Shown here: positions 1 to 7,180 of the stretch, piece by piece
How positions within the stretch are numbered: position 1 is the first letter of the stretch
Layout: every line of letters begins with the position of its first letter
NCBI GenBank assembly: GCA_031459875.1
Contig: JAVKHQ010000039.1
Span: forward strand, 1-21,752
Length of the DNA stretch: 21,752 bases
Direction: 5' to 3'
DNA from: Candidatus Fervidifonticultor sextus
GTDB taxonomy: Bacteria; Sysuimicrobiota; Sysuimicrobiia; Sysuimicrobiales; Humicultoraceae
Made by a program: the position numbers and the translations under genes
Notes under the pieces: generated by a model
Database searches by the model: none
What the model saw: only the letters and a program-made list of their open reading frames with translations
Told to the model about the DNA's origin: nothing

Positions 1-14
1 TCCGCCGCACTTGC

Positions 15-90
15 GCGCCCGTAGCTCAGCGGATAGAGCGTTGGCCTGCGGAGCCAAAGGTCGTGGGTTCAAGTCCCGCCGGGCGCGCCA
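15..90 (+). tRNA. tRNA-Arg (anticodon GCG)
   Basis: Cloverleaf read directly: acceptor GCGCCCG 15-21 / CGGGCGC 80-86, D arm GCTC..GAGC with A after the GG (Arg identity A20), anticodon stem TTGGC/GCCAA with loop CT-GCG-GA (48-50), T loop TTCAAGT, encoded CCA 88-90. Confidence 0.97.
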
Positions 91-497
91 CCAGACCCAA
101 GCAGCTCAAGGACCCGCCGCTCGGCCCAGTGCACCACCTCGCGGGCGTCCTCGAGCAGCTCCCGGTATTCCGTTTCGGCCACCGGACGCCCGAAGCCTGG
201 ATAGCGCGGTTCGACCGCAAAGCGGCTGAGGCGTTCAGCTTCTCTGACCGCCTCCGGAATCACCTCTCCACGCTCCTCCAACAACGTCAGGAGGCGCGCG
301 AGGTCGTGGACGTACGGGAACGGCGTCCTTCGCGCAATGAAGACCGCCTTGATCGCCTTCTCCGCCGCCTGCTGGGCCTGAAAGCACAGATCTTCCAGGT
401 ACACTTCGGGTAACCGCAGAGACGCCTGGGCCAGGTTGCTCCTTGCCCGATTCAGCCACTCTCTCGGGTCGTCGGGAGCGAATCGCTCAGGTGGCAT
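69..497 (-). CDS. HEPN domain protein (PF05168-like), putative toxin partner of MNT
   Basis: Motifs W..RA.SNL, CFQAQQAAEKAIKA, PYVHDL..L, RYPG; start overlaps the stop of the upstream MNT gene by 11 nt. Confidence 0.9.
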   Translation of the reverse strand: MPPERFAPDDPREWLNRARSNLAQASLRLPEVYLEDLCFQAQQAAEKAIKAVFIARRTPFPYVHDLARLLTLLEERGEVIPEAVREAERLSRFAVEPRYPGFGRPVAETEYRELLEDAREVVHWAERRVLELLGSGGAPGGT

Positions 498-819
498 AAA
501 TGACGACGCCCTCTCTCAGTGCGGGGTAGATGACGAGGCAGAACGCATCCTTGTACCGCTCCACCTCCGCCGGTGTCACCACAATGACGTCCACCGCAGC
601 CCTCGCGCCGTGGAGGCGCTGGTAGATCCGCTCGGTCAGCCGACCGGGATCGTACTCGCCGCTCTTGATGACGAGCAGGTCGATGTCGCTATTCGGGCCC
701 ATTTCGCGGCGCACTGCTGAACCGAAGAGGATGATCTTCTCCGGCTCCGCAACCTCCACGATCCGCCGGACAATGTCGTCCAGCACGTCCTTGGGAACTT
801 CGCCGCTGCGGCTCTTCAT
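487..819 (-). CDS. Minimal nucleotidyltransferase (MNT), putative antitoxin
   Basis: IILFGS-x10-DID motif (FGSAVRREMGPNSDIDLLV), VDVIV, C-terminal EGVVIY; GGAGG RBS upstream of the ATG. Confidence 0.92.
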   Translation of the reverse strand: MKSRSGEVPKDVLDDIVRRIVEVAEPEKIILFGSAVRREMGPNSDIDLLVIKSGEYDPGRLTERIYQRLHGARAAVDVIVVTPAEVERYKDAFCLVIYPALREGVVIYAT

Positions 820-921
820 CGCGAGTTCCCTCCGTAGGGTGGCTTGGATTTTCCGGTCCAGAATGCCTCTCTTAGCGCGCCCATCTCAAGCCAGAAGTGC
901 CCTATCCGGGTCACCTGGTGC

Positions 922-1032
922 CATGGGGGTACGGATTACCCGGCCAGTTGCACCGCTCAGACCCTTGAGATCGATCAACCGCACCTTGCCCGACCGAAGC
1001 CCTACGGTGGCGAGGTCGTAGCCCAAGTCGCG
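922..1032 (-). pseudogene. Fragment resembling a DUF3883 (NOV-C, PD-(D/E)XK-like) domain
   Basis: Peptide DLGYDLATVGLRSGKVRLIDLKGLSGATGRVIRTP matches, from recall, the GYD...R.IEVKG...LTPNE pattern; no credible start and it diverges after TP. Confidence 0.55.
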
Positions 1033-1034
1033 CT

Positions 1035-1206
1035 TGGAATGCCTGGTGCAGGAAGTCAGGATCGGGCTCACCGACCACTAACATATCCACGTCCGACCCG
1101 CCCCCTCCCTTCCCTTCGCGACCGATCCGTAGACGAAGGCGGCCTCGATTGCGCCAATGACCGTTAGGGCCTCACCAAGGACATCGCCCAATGCCGTCGT
1201 CTTGTC
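1035..1206 (-). pseudogene. 3' part of wHTH-nucleotidyltransferase gene (IS-interrupted, frameshifted, truncated)
   Basis: KTTALGDVLGEAL..IEAAFVYGSVAKGREGA(G), a 1-nt shift near 1097-1105, then SDVDMLVVGEPDPDFLHQAF; restoring one base gives GS-x10-DVD. Confidence 0.82.
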
Positions 1207-1235
1207 TGTCAAGTTCGGACTAGGTGTTTGCACTT
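1207..1235. repeat. IS terminal inverted repeat (downstream of transposase)
   Basis: Pairs with 2307-2335; contains the transposase stop codon. Confidence 0.9.
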
Positions 1236-2215
1236 TGAGACTCCAACCGAGCCCCGAATGCCATGGCCGGGGTTCGACCCTTGAGGCGATAGCCCGGATG
1301 GGGCCGCTCCCGGTTGTAGAAGCGCAGGTACGCCTGCAGGTCCCGGTCCAACTGTCCCAGGCTGGTGTAGTAGGTGCGCCGGAAGGCCACCCGCCACAGC
1401 TCGCTGAGGATGGTGCCCTGCAAGCGCTCGACGAACCCATTCGTCCAGGCGTGGCGCGGCTTGGTCCGTCGGTGCTCGATGCCCAGCGCCCGGCAGGCCG
1501 CGGTGAAGGCCGTCTGAAACTCCGGCCCGCCATCGGTGAGCACAGCCCGGAGGCGATGCCCCGCGCGCTGGTAGATGGGCACCACGTGGGTGTGCAGGAA
1601 GTGCACCGCCGCCTGCGCGGTGACCCGCGGGACGACGGTGGCGATCGCGTACGAGCAGGCCGCGTCGCAGGCGGTGAGCTGCCAGACTGTGCCCACCCCT
1701 TTGAGCTTGCCGATGTAGAAGGCATCGAGGCAGACCAGATCCCCCGGCCGCTGGGCCTCCACGTGCAGCGGGCGCAGGTGCTTGCGGGTCCGCTCCGTGA
1801 GCAGCCCGACGGTGCTCGCGCTGTGCGCCTCCAGCTTGGTGAGCCGCTCCCACCGGGTGCGCAGTCCATGCCGACAGAGGATGGCGTAGACGCCGGAGGC
1901 GCTCACCGGCCAGCTTCCCCAGCGCGGCTGGCGCAGTTGGGCGGCAATGCGCGCCGGCCCATGCGTCGGCCAGAGCAGCGCGTAGGCCACGACCTGGTGC
2001 TCCAGGGCCGGCGCGGCCTGCCGGGGCCAGCGGGTTGGCCGCGTCGGGCGTGGTCGCAAGCCATCCGGCCCATAGCGGGTCAGTCGCCGGCGCCAGCGGT
2101 AGAAGAGGGTCCGGGAGATCCCGAACTCGCGGCAGGCCTGGCTGACATTGCCTAGGGCGGCCGCGCGGTGCATGACGGCAAGGCGGTGTCGCAGTACACT
2201 GTCCTCGAGGGTCAT
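1220..2215 (-). CDS. IS481-family DDE transposase (331 aa)
   Basis: N-terminal HTH (NVSQACREFGISRTLFYRWRRR); rve core with VCLD, VLTDGGPEF, NGFVER; YNRERPH. ATG at 2215 follows the purine-rich GGAAGGGG. Confidence 0.93.
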   Translation of the reverse strand: MTLEDSVLRHRLAVMHRAAALGNVSQACREFGISRTLFYRWRRRLTRYGPDGLRPRPTRPTRWPRQAAPALEHQVVAYALLWPTHGPARIAAQLRQPRWGSWPVSASGVYAILCRHGLRTRWERLTKLEAHSASTVGLLTERTRKHLRPLHVEAQRPGDLVCLDAFYIGKLKGVGTVWQLTACDAACSYAIATVVPRVTAQAAVHFLHTHVVPIYQRAGHRLRAVLTDGGPEFQTAFTAACRALGIEHRRTKPRHAWTNGFVERLQGTILSELWRVAFRRTYYTSLGQLDRDLQAYLRFYNRERPHPGYRLKGRTPAMAFGARLESQSANT

Positions 2216-2306
2216 CTGCCCACCCCTTCCCAAGGTTTTGTTGGTACCAAAACCTCGGTTGGAGCCTGGGGGATGGCCCTCCTGCCTTCACCAAGGGCAG
2301 CTCCTC

Positions 2307-2335
2307 AAGTGCAAACACTACATCCAAACAGGACA
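2307..2335. repeat. IS terminal inverted repeat (upstream of transposase)
   Basis: AAGTGCAAACACTACATCCAAACAGGACA, the reverse complement of the other end at 22/29. Confidence 0.9.
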
Positions 2336-2440
2336 GTCTTGTAGACGATGCGCTTCAGATCAAAAAACAGCGGATGCCGCCCGTTCGGGCGGTAGACTTT
2401 CTGCCGCCCGCGGCCGGCGAACGATCAGCAGGCCGAGGCG
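2336..2440 (-). pseudogene. 5' remnant (wing of wHTH) of the IS-interrupted nucleotidyltransferase gene
   Basis: GRQKVYRPNGRHPLFFDLKRIVYKT joins in frame to TALGDVL after IS removal; RLGLL lies upstream in a shifted frame; no start found. Confidence 0.75.
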
Positions 2441-2486
2441 CACGCGCCATCGTATCATGCTTTCAACCCGGCAGCGATGACGATTG

Positions 2487-2517
2487 TTGCAGGATTGGTC
2501 GTCTAGACGTCTAATAT
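2487..2517 (+). promoter_or_regulatory. Putative sigma70-type promoter of unit A with overlapping palindromic operator
   Basis: TTGCAG 2487-2492; TCTAAT/TAATAT 2510-2517; palindromes CGTCTAGACG 2500-2509 and TAGACGTCTA 2504-2513. Confidence 0.55.
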
Positions 2518-2523
2518 CCCCGC

Positions 2524-3576
2524 ATGCGCCGCCCAGCGCTTGGCTTCTTGTTCCTCGGGGAACACCCGCCCTCAGCCCTGCAGCACCTGGTCCGTACCTG
2601 CGAAGCCCTGGGTGCCGACGTCTTCTGGCTGGCCGACGAGAAGTTCTACCGCGACCCGTTCGTGGGGCTGGCGGCCGCTGCCCTGTCCTCCACACGGATC
2701 CATCTCGGCACGTGCGTGACCGAGCCCTACACGCGGCACCCCGCGCTGCTGGCCATGGCCATCGGGACGCTTGACGAGGTCGCCGGCGGCAGGGCCATCC
2801 TGGGCCTGGGCGCCGGCGGCAGCGGCTTCCCCGCCATGGGCGTGCGCCGGACGCATCCGGCCCGCACGGTGACGGAGGCGGTGGCGCTCCTTCGCCGCCT
2901 CCTGAGCGGGGAGCGCGTCACCTTTGCCGGTACGCGATTCCGGTTCAGGGAGGGGCGCCTCCACTTCCGGCCGCGACCCGACATCCCCATTTTCGTGGCG
3001 GCCAGAGGCCGGGGGATGCTGCGCGCCGCGGGCGGCGTGGCCGACGGGGTGATTGTGGCGCCCTATGCCTCGGAGCCGGGGCTGCGCTTCGCGCTGGAGC
3101 AGGTGCACGCCGGGGCCCGTTCGGCAGGCCGCGATCCGGCCGGGCTGGACGTTGCCGCCCGCGTCGACGTCTGCATCGCAGAGGACCCGACGGTGGCGCG
3201 CGAGGCGATCCGGCCGGCCGTGGCGCTCCCGCTGTGGATCAGCTACCCCAACCTGAGCTACCTCGACCCCCTGCCGGTGCCACCACCGCCTGCCGCGCTT
3301 CTCGATGTCCTGGCCCGAAGGGAGTACGACCTGATCCCCGAGGCGGCCCGACTGGTGCCCGATTCATATCTGGACCACCTGGCCGTCGCGGGGACCGCCG
3401 AGCAGGTGCGCGACCGCCTGCAGCGCCTGCTGGCGTGCGGGATCAGCCACCTGCTGCTGCGGCCGATTCCGCCACCCGACGGCGATCTCCCAGAGACGCT
3501 CGGCCAGGTCGCCGCTGTGGCGCGCGCCGCCGCGGCGGGGGAAGCGGCGTGTTGCACCGGGGCGGACCGGCCGTGA
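2524..3576 (+). CDS. LLM-class (luciferase-like) flavin/F420-dependent oxidoreductase, Mer-like
   Basis: FWLADE..RDPFV, LGTCVTEPYTRHPA, GRAILGLGAG, PIFVAARG, AVAGT.EQV motifs. Confidence 0.88.
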   Translation: MRRPALGFLFLGEHPPSALQHLVRTCEALGADVFWLADEKFYRDPFVGLAAAALSSTRIHLGTCVTEPYTRHPALLAMAIGTLDEVAGGRAILGLGAGGSGFPAMGVRRTHPARTVTEAVALLRRLLSGERVTFAGTRFRFREGRLHFRPRPDIPIFVAARGRGMLRAAGGVADGVIVAPYASEPGLRFALEQVHAGARSAGRDPAGLDVAARVDVCIAEDPTVAREAIRPAVALPLWISYPNLSYLDPLPVPPPPAALLDVLARREYDLIPEAARLVPDSYLDHLAVAGTAEQVRDRLQRLLACGISHLLLRPIPPPDGDLPETLGQVAAVARAAAAGEAACCTGADRP

Positions 3577-4589
3577 AGTTCGGCGTGGGCCTGCCCACCT
3601 GCACCGAGGGCATGATGTACCCTGTGCCCTTCGCCAGGCCGGCCGACGTGGTGCGCATCGCGGTCGAGGCCGAGGCCCTGGGCTACTACGCGGTCATGGG
3701 GAACGACCACATGACGACCCAGCGATACGTCCGGGCCGAATACCCCGATCCGCCCGCGTTCTATGAGCCCCTGGTCACCTATGCGGTGCTGGCGCCGCAG
3801 ACGTCGCGCATCCGGTTGATGACCGGCGTCATCGTCCTTCCCATGCGGACGCCGGTGGTCCTGGCCAAGCAGGTGGCCACCCTCGACCAGTTCTCGGGCG
3901 GGCGCGTGCTCCTCGGGGTGGGAGTCGGCGCCTACCGCGAAGAGTTCGAGGCGCTGGCGCCCGGCGTGCGCGCGCGGCGCGGCGAGATGCTCGAGGAAGG
4001 GATCGCGGCGCTGCGCGAGCTCTTTACCGCGCGCCGGAGCACGTTTCGCGGCCGCTACTATGCCTTCGAGGACGTCGAGCTGTCCCCCAAGCCGCTGCAG
4101 GATCCGCTGCCGATCTACGTGGGAGGGAACTCGCCCCGCCACCACCGCCGGGTGGCGCAGTACGCCGACGGCTGGCTGCCCGCCGTGCTGACGCCGGACG
4201 AGGTGGCTGCCGGCCTGGCAGCGATTAGAACCGCCGCGGCGGCCGCCGGCCGCGATCCGGCCCGCCTGGACGTGGCCCTGCAGGTGGGCGTCAGCATGGC
4301 GCCCACGCGCGGTGCGGCGGTGGAGCGGTTCCTGGGCTCGCAGCTGTACAGGCACTTGGTCTCGCTGCGCGGCTCGACCATGCGCGGCCTGGCGGTGGAG
4401 ACGTTCGCCGCCCGCAACCTCCTGGGCACGCCCGACGAGATCTGCCGGCAGGTGGAGGCCTACCGAGCCGCAGGGGTGACGCACCTGGCGGGGTTGCTGT
4501 TCGTCGCCAACACGGTGGAGGAGTTCCTGGCAAGCCAGCGCCTCTTCGCCCGCGACGTCATGGCGGCATTTCCCGACGAGGGCGCCTGA
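3573..4589 (+). CDS. LLM-class, probably F420-dependent, oxidoreductase
   Basis: GTG start overlapping the upstream stop (GTGA); KFGVGLP, NDH, EPLV, LAKQVATLDQFSGGRVLLGVGVG, PKPLQ.P.PIYVGGNS, ADGWLP. Confidence 0.88.
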   Translation: MKFGVGLPTCTEGMMYPVPFARPADVVRIAVEAEALGYYAVMGNDHMTTQRYVRAEYPDPPAFYEPLVTYAVLAPQTSRIRLMTGVIVLPMRTPVVLAKQVATLDQFSGGRVLLGVGVGAYREEFEALAPGVRARRGEMLEEGIAALRELFTARRSTFRGRYYAFEDVELSPKPLQDPLPIYVGGNSPRHHRRVAQYADGWLPAVLTPDEVAAGLAAIRTAAAAAGRDPARLDVALQVGVSMAPTRGAAVERFLGSQLYRHLVSLRGSTMRGLAVETFAARNLLGTPDEICRQVEAYRAAGVTHLAGLLFVANTVEEFLASQRLFARDVMAAFPDEGA

Positions 4590-5791
4590 TGGGCCCGGTG
4601 CTGCTGCACGCCGCGCGGGCCGACGCGCTCATGGCGGCCTCCGAGCTGGACGCACTGGTGGCCACCACCTACCAGAACGTCTACTACGCCAGCGGGTTTT
4701 GGAGCTTCTCCCAGCCGATTCTCCGGACCACGCAGGTCTATGCCGTGCTGCCTCGTGGCGCGCCCGAGCGCGTGGCGGTGGCGTTCCCCGCAGCCGAGGC
4801 CGATATGGCCGCAGAAGCCCCGCCGCAGGCAGCCACGCTCATCCCCTTCGGCACCTTCTACGTGGAGCGGGGGGCCGCCTCCCCAGACGGCGACGGCGAC
4901 GCCCGCCTGCTGCAGCTGACCCTCGACACCGCGCCGTGCCCGTCTCCCGTCGCCGCGCTGGTTGCCGCGCTGGACGCCGCAGGCGTGATCGCGGGGCGCG
5001 TGGGGGTCGACGAGACCGCCATGGCGGCCGAGGTGCTGGAGCAGGTGCGGGCACAGCGGCCGATGATCACCTTCGTCCCTGCGGCCAGCCTCTGGCGGGC
5101 GATCCGGGCGGTGAAGACAACCGAGGAGATCGCCCGCCTCCAACGCGCGGCCCGCATCACCGAGGACGCCGTCGAGGCGGCCCTGCAGGCCGCCGCCGCA
5201 GGCGTGACCGAGCGCGCCATGGCCCAGGTCTTCGAGCAGGCTCTCCTTGCCGGTGGCGCGCGGCCGCTGTTCACGGTGATCGCCTTCGGGTCGCACGCCG
5301 CCTACCCCAACGCGCAGCCGGGCCGCCGGCGCCTGGCGCCCGGCGACCTCATTCGGTTCGATGTGGGCTGCCGCTACGAAGGCTACTGCTCGGACATCGC
5401 CCGCACGGCAGTTTTCGGGGTTCCCTCGCCGCGCCAGGTCGCCACCTATCAGGCGCTGCTGGACGGGGAGGAGGCGGCGCTGGCGGCGATTCGGGCAGGC
5501 GTATCCGCCGAGGCGGTGTTTGAGGCGGCCGTGCGGTGCGTGCGCGACAACGGCCTCTCCCACTACCGGCGCCACCACGTCGGCCACGGGGTAGGGCTGG
5601 AGATCTACGACGAGCCGCTGCTGGCGCCGGGCCAGACCGCCGTGCTCGAGGCGGGGATGGTCCTGGAGGTGGAGACGCCCTACTACGAGGTCGGATTCGG
5701 CGGTCTGCAAGTGGAGGACACGGTGCTCGTCACCGACGATGGCTGTCGCTTGCTGACCGTGGGCGATCGGAGCCTGCGCCAGCTCGCATGA
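4589..5791 (+). CDS. M24 family Xaa-Pro peptidase-like metallohydrolase
   Basis: Creatinase-N region (NVYYASGF), RAVKT.EEI, and metal ligands RFDVG, SDIART, HHVGHGVG, EVETP, VEDT; TGATG coupling to the upstream gene. Confidence 0.92.
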   Translation: MGPVLLHAARADALMAASELDALVATTYQNVYYASGFWSFSQPILRTTQVYAVLPRGAPERVAVAFPAAEADMAAEAPPQAATLIPFGTFYVERGAASPDGDGDARLLQLTLDTAPCPSPVAALVAALDAAGVIAGRVGVDETAMAAEVLEQVRAQRPMITFVPAASLWRAIRAVKTTEEIARLQRAARITEDAVEAALQAAAAGVTERAMAQVFEQALLAGGARPLFTVIAFGSHAAYPNAQPGRRRLAPGDLIRFDVGCRYEGYCSDIARTAVFGVPSPRQVATYQALLDGEEAALAAIRAGVSAEAVFEAAVRCVRDNGLSHYRRHHVGHGVGLEIYDEPLLAPGQTAVLEAGMVLEVETPYYEVGFGGLQVEDTVLVTDDGCRLLTVGDRSLRQLA

Positions 5792-5826
5792 TGCTGCGCA
5801 CCCGGCAGGAGGTCGGGGAGGGCGCG

Positions 5827-7122
5827 ATGGGTCCGCAGGAGGAGGGGACCGCAGGCCACGTGACCGGCCTGCAGTGCCTGCGCTGCGGCACCACCTTCCC
5901 CCCGGTGGAGATGCCCCGCGGCTGCCCCGCGTGCGCGGATGCGCCCGGCGCCAGCAACGTGACGCCGGTCTATGCCCGCGGCCTGCAGGGCGACGCACTG
6001 CGGGCGATGGTCGCCCGGGGGCCGGCGTCGCTGTGGCGCTACAGACCGATGCTGCCGGGGGATGGGCCACCGGTCACGCTGAACGAGGGGTGGACGCCGC
6101 TGGTGCCGCTGGCGCGTCTGGGGGCCGCGTGGGGCCTCTCCCGTCTGGCCGCCAAGGACGAGACGCGCAACCCCACGGGATCGTTCAAGGACCGCATGTG
6201 CGCCATAGCCTTCACCCGCGCCCGGGCGGTCGGGGCCCGTGTGGTGGCCCTCGCCTCGTCCGGCAACGCGGGGGCGGCGGCCGCGGCCTATGCTGCGCGC
6301 GCAGGCCTGCGCTGCGTCGTCCTCACCACGCCGGACGCGCCGGAGGCGCTGCAGCGCCAGATGCAGGCCCTGGGCGCGCTGCTGATAGCCACACCCACCT
6401 CCGCCGAGCGGTGGACGCTGTTGCAGGCCTGCGTCGAGGAGCTGGGCTGGTACCCGCTGACCAACTTCCTCACCCCGCCGGTGGGGAGCAACGCATTCGG
6501 CCTGGAAGGCTACAAGACCATTGCGTTTGAGCTGTGCGAGGCCCGAGGCTGGCGGCCTCCAGACTGGGTCGTCGTCCCCACCTGCTACGGCGACGGGCTG
6601 TGGGGGATCGTCAAGGGCTTCCTGGAGGCGCGGGAGCGCGGCCTCACCGACCGGGTGCCCCGCGTGGCCGCGGCCGAGGTGTTCGGCCCGCTGGCTGCGG
6701 CGCTGGCGACGGGCGCCGCCGCCGTCGCCCCGGTACCCGCCGGGCCTTCGGTTGCCGTCTCCATCGCCGCTGGCACCAGCACCTACCAGGCGCTGCACGC
6801 CCTGCACGCCGTCGACGGCCGCGCCGTCGTGGTGGACGACGCTGCCATCCTCGATGCGCAGGCGCATCTGGGCGAGGTCGAGGGCATCTTCGTGGAGCCC
6901 GCCTCAGCCGCGGCCCTGGCCGCCGCGCGCACACTGCGGGCGGAGGGCGCCCTGCGCGAGGACGACGACGTCGTGGTGATCCTGACCGCCACCGGCCTCA
7001 AGGACGTGCGGGCGGTGGCCCGGACCCGCCCCGCCGTTCCGGTGGTGGCACCGCGGGTCGACGCATTGCTGAAGGCGCTGACCGAGCGCTATGGCAGCGA
7101 CATGGTCCCATCTGCGAGGTAG
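5827..7122 (+). CDS. Threonine-synthase-like PLP enzyme (fold type II); alternative start 5788
   Basis: N-terminal CxxC..CxxC, EGWTPL, KDETRNPTGSFKDR (PLP Lys), SSGNAG, EGYKT, EPASA, TATGLK; GGAGG before ATG 5827, with ATGA coupling possible at 5788. Confidence 0.88.
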   Translation: MGPQEEGTAGHVTGLQCLRCGTTFPPVEMPRGCPACADAPGASNVTPVYARGLQGDALRAMVARGPASLWRYRPMLPGDGPPVTLNEGWTPLVPLARLGAAWGLSRLAAKDETRNPTGSFKDRMCAIAFTRARAVGARVVALASSGNAGAAAAAYAARAGLRCVVLTTPDAPEALQRQMQALGALLIATPTSAERWTLLQACVEELGWYPLTNFLTPPVGSNAFGLEGYKTIAFELCEARGWRPPDWVVVPTCYGDGLWGIVKGFLEARERGLTDRVPRVAAAEVFGPLAAALATGAAAVAPVPAGPSVAVSIAAGTSTYQALHALHAVDGRAVVVDDAAILDAQAHLGEVEGIFVEPASAAALAAARTLRAEGALREDDDVVVILTATGLKDVRAVARTRPAVPVVAPRVDALLKALTERYGSDMVPSAR

Positions 7123-7180
7123 ACCGTCGGTGAGGTGGCCAGTCTGCAACGGAATCCACGTGGTGCAAGGAGGTGGCGAC

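Larger units (their letters stand above)
1207..2335 (-). mobile_element. IS481-family insertion sequence (1129 bp)
   Basis: TGT...ACA termini; imperfect terminal IRs matching 22/29 (TGTCAAGTTCGGACTAGGTGTTTGCACTT vs TGTCCTGTTTGGATGTAGTGTTTGCACTT); flanking direct repeat GTCTTGT(C/A) at 1199-1206 and 2336-2343; single transposase ORF. Confidence 0.93.

Noticed and set aside
88..93. CCACCA at the tRNA 3' end
   Set aside because: The CCACCA degradation tag is added post-transcriptionally; three extra genomic bases are plausibly chance.
1078..2327. ORFs 1209-2327, 1078-1869 and 1157-2155 overlapping the transposase
   Set aside because: Alternative frames; the DDE motifs are all in 1220-2215. Only the tail of 1078-1869 is meaningful (MNT pseudogene).
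5827..7122. Assigning the symbol thrC
   Set aside because: Substrate-binding motif deviates and there is no threonine-pathway context.
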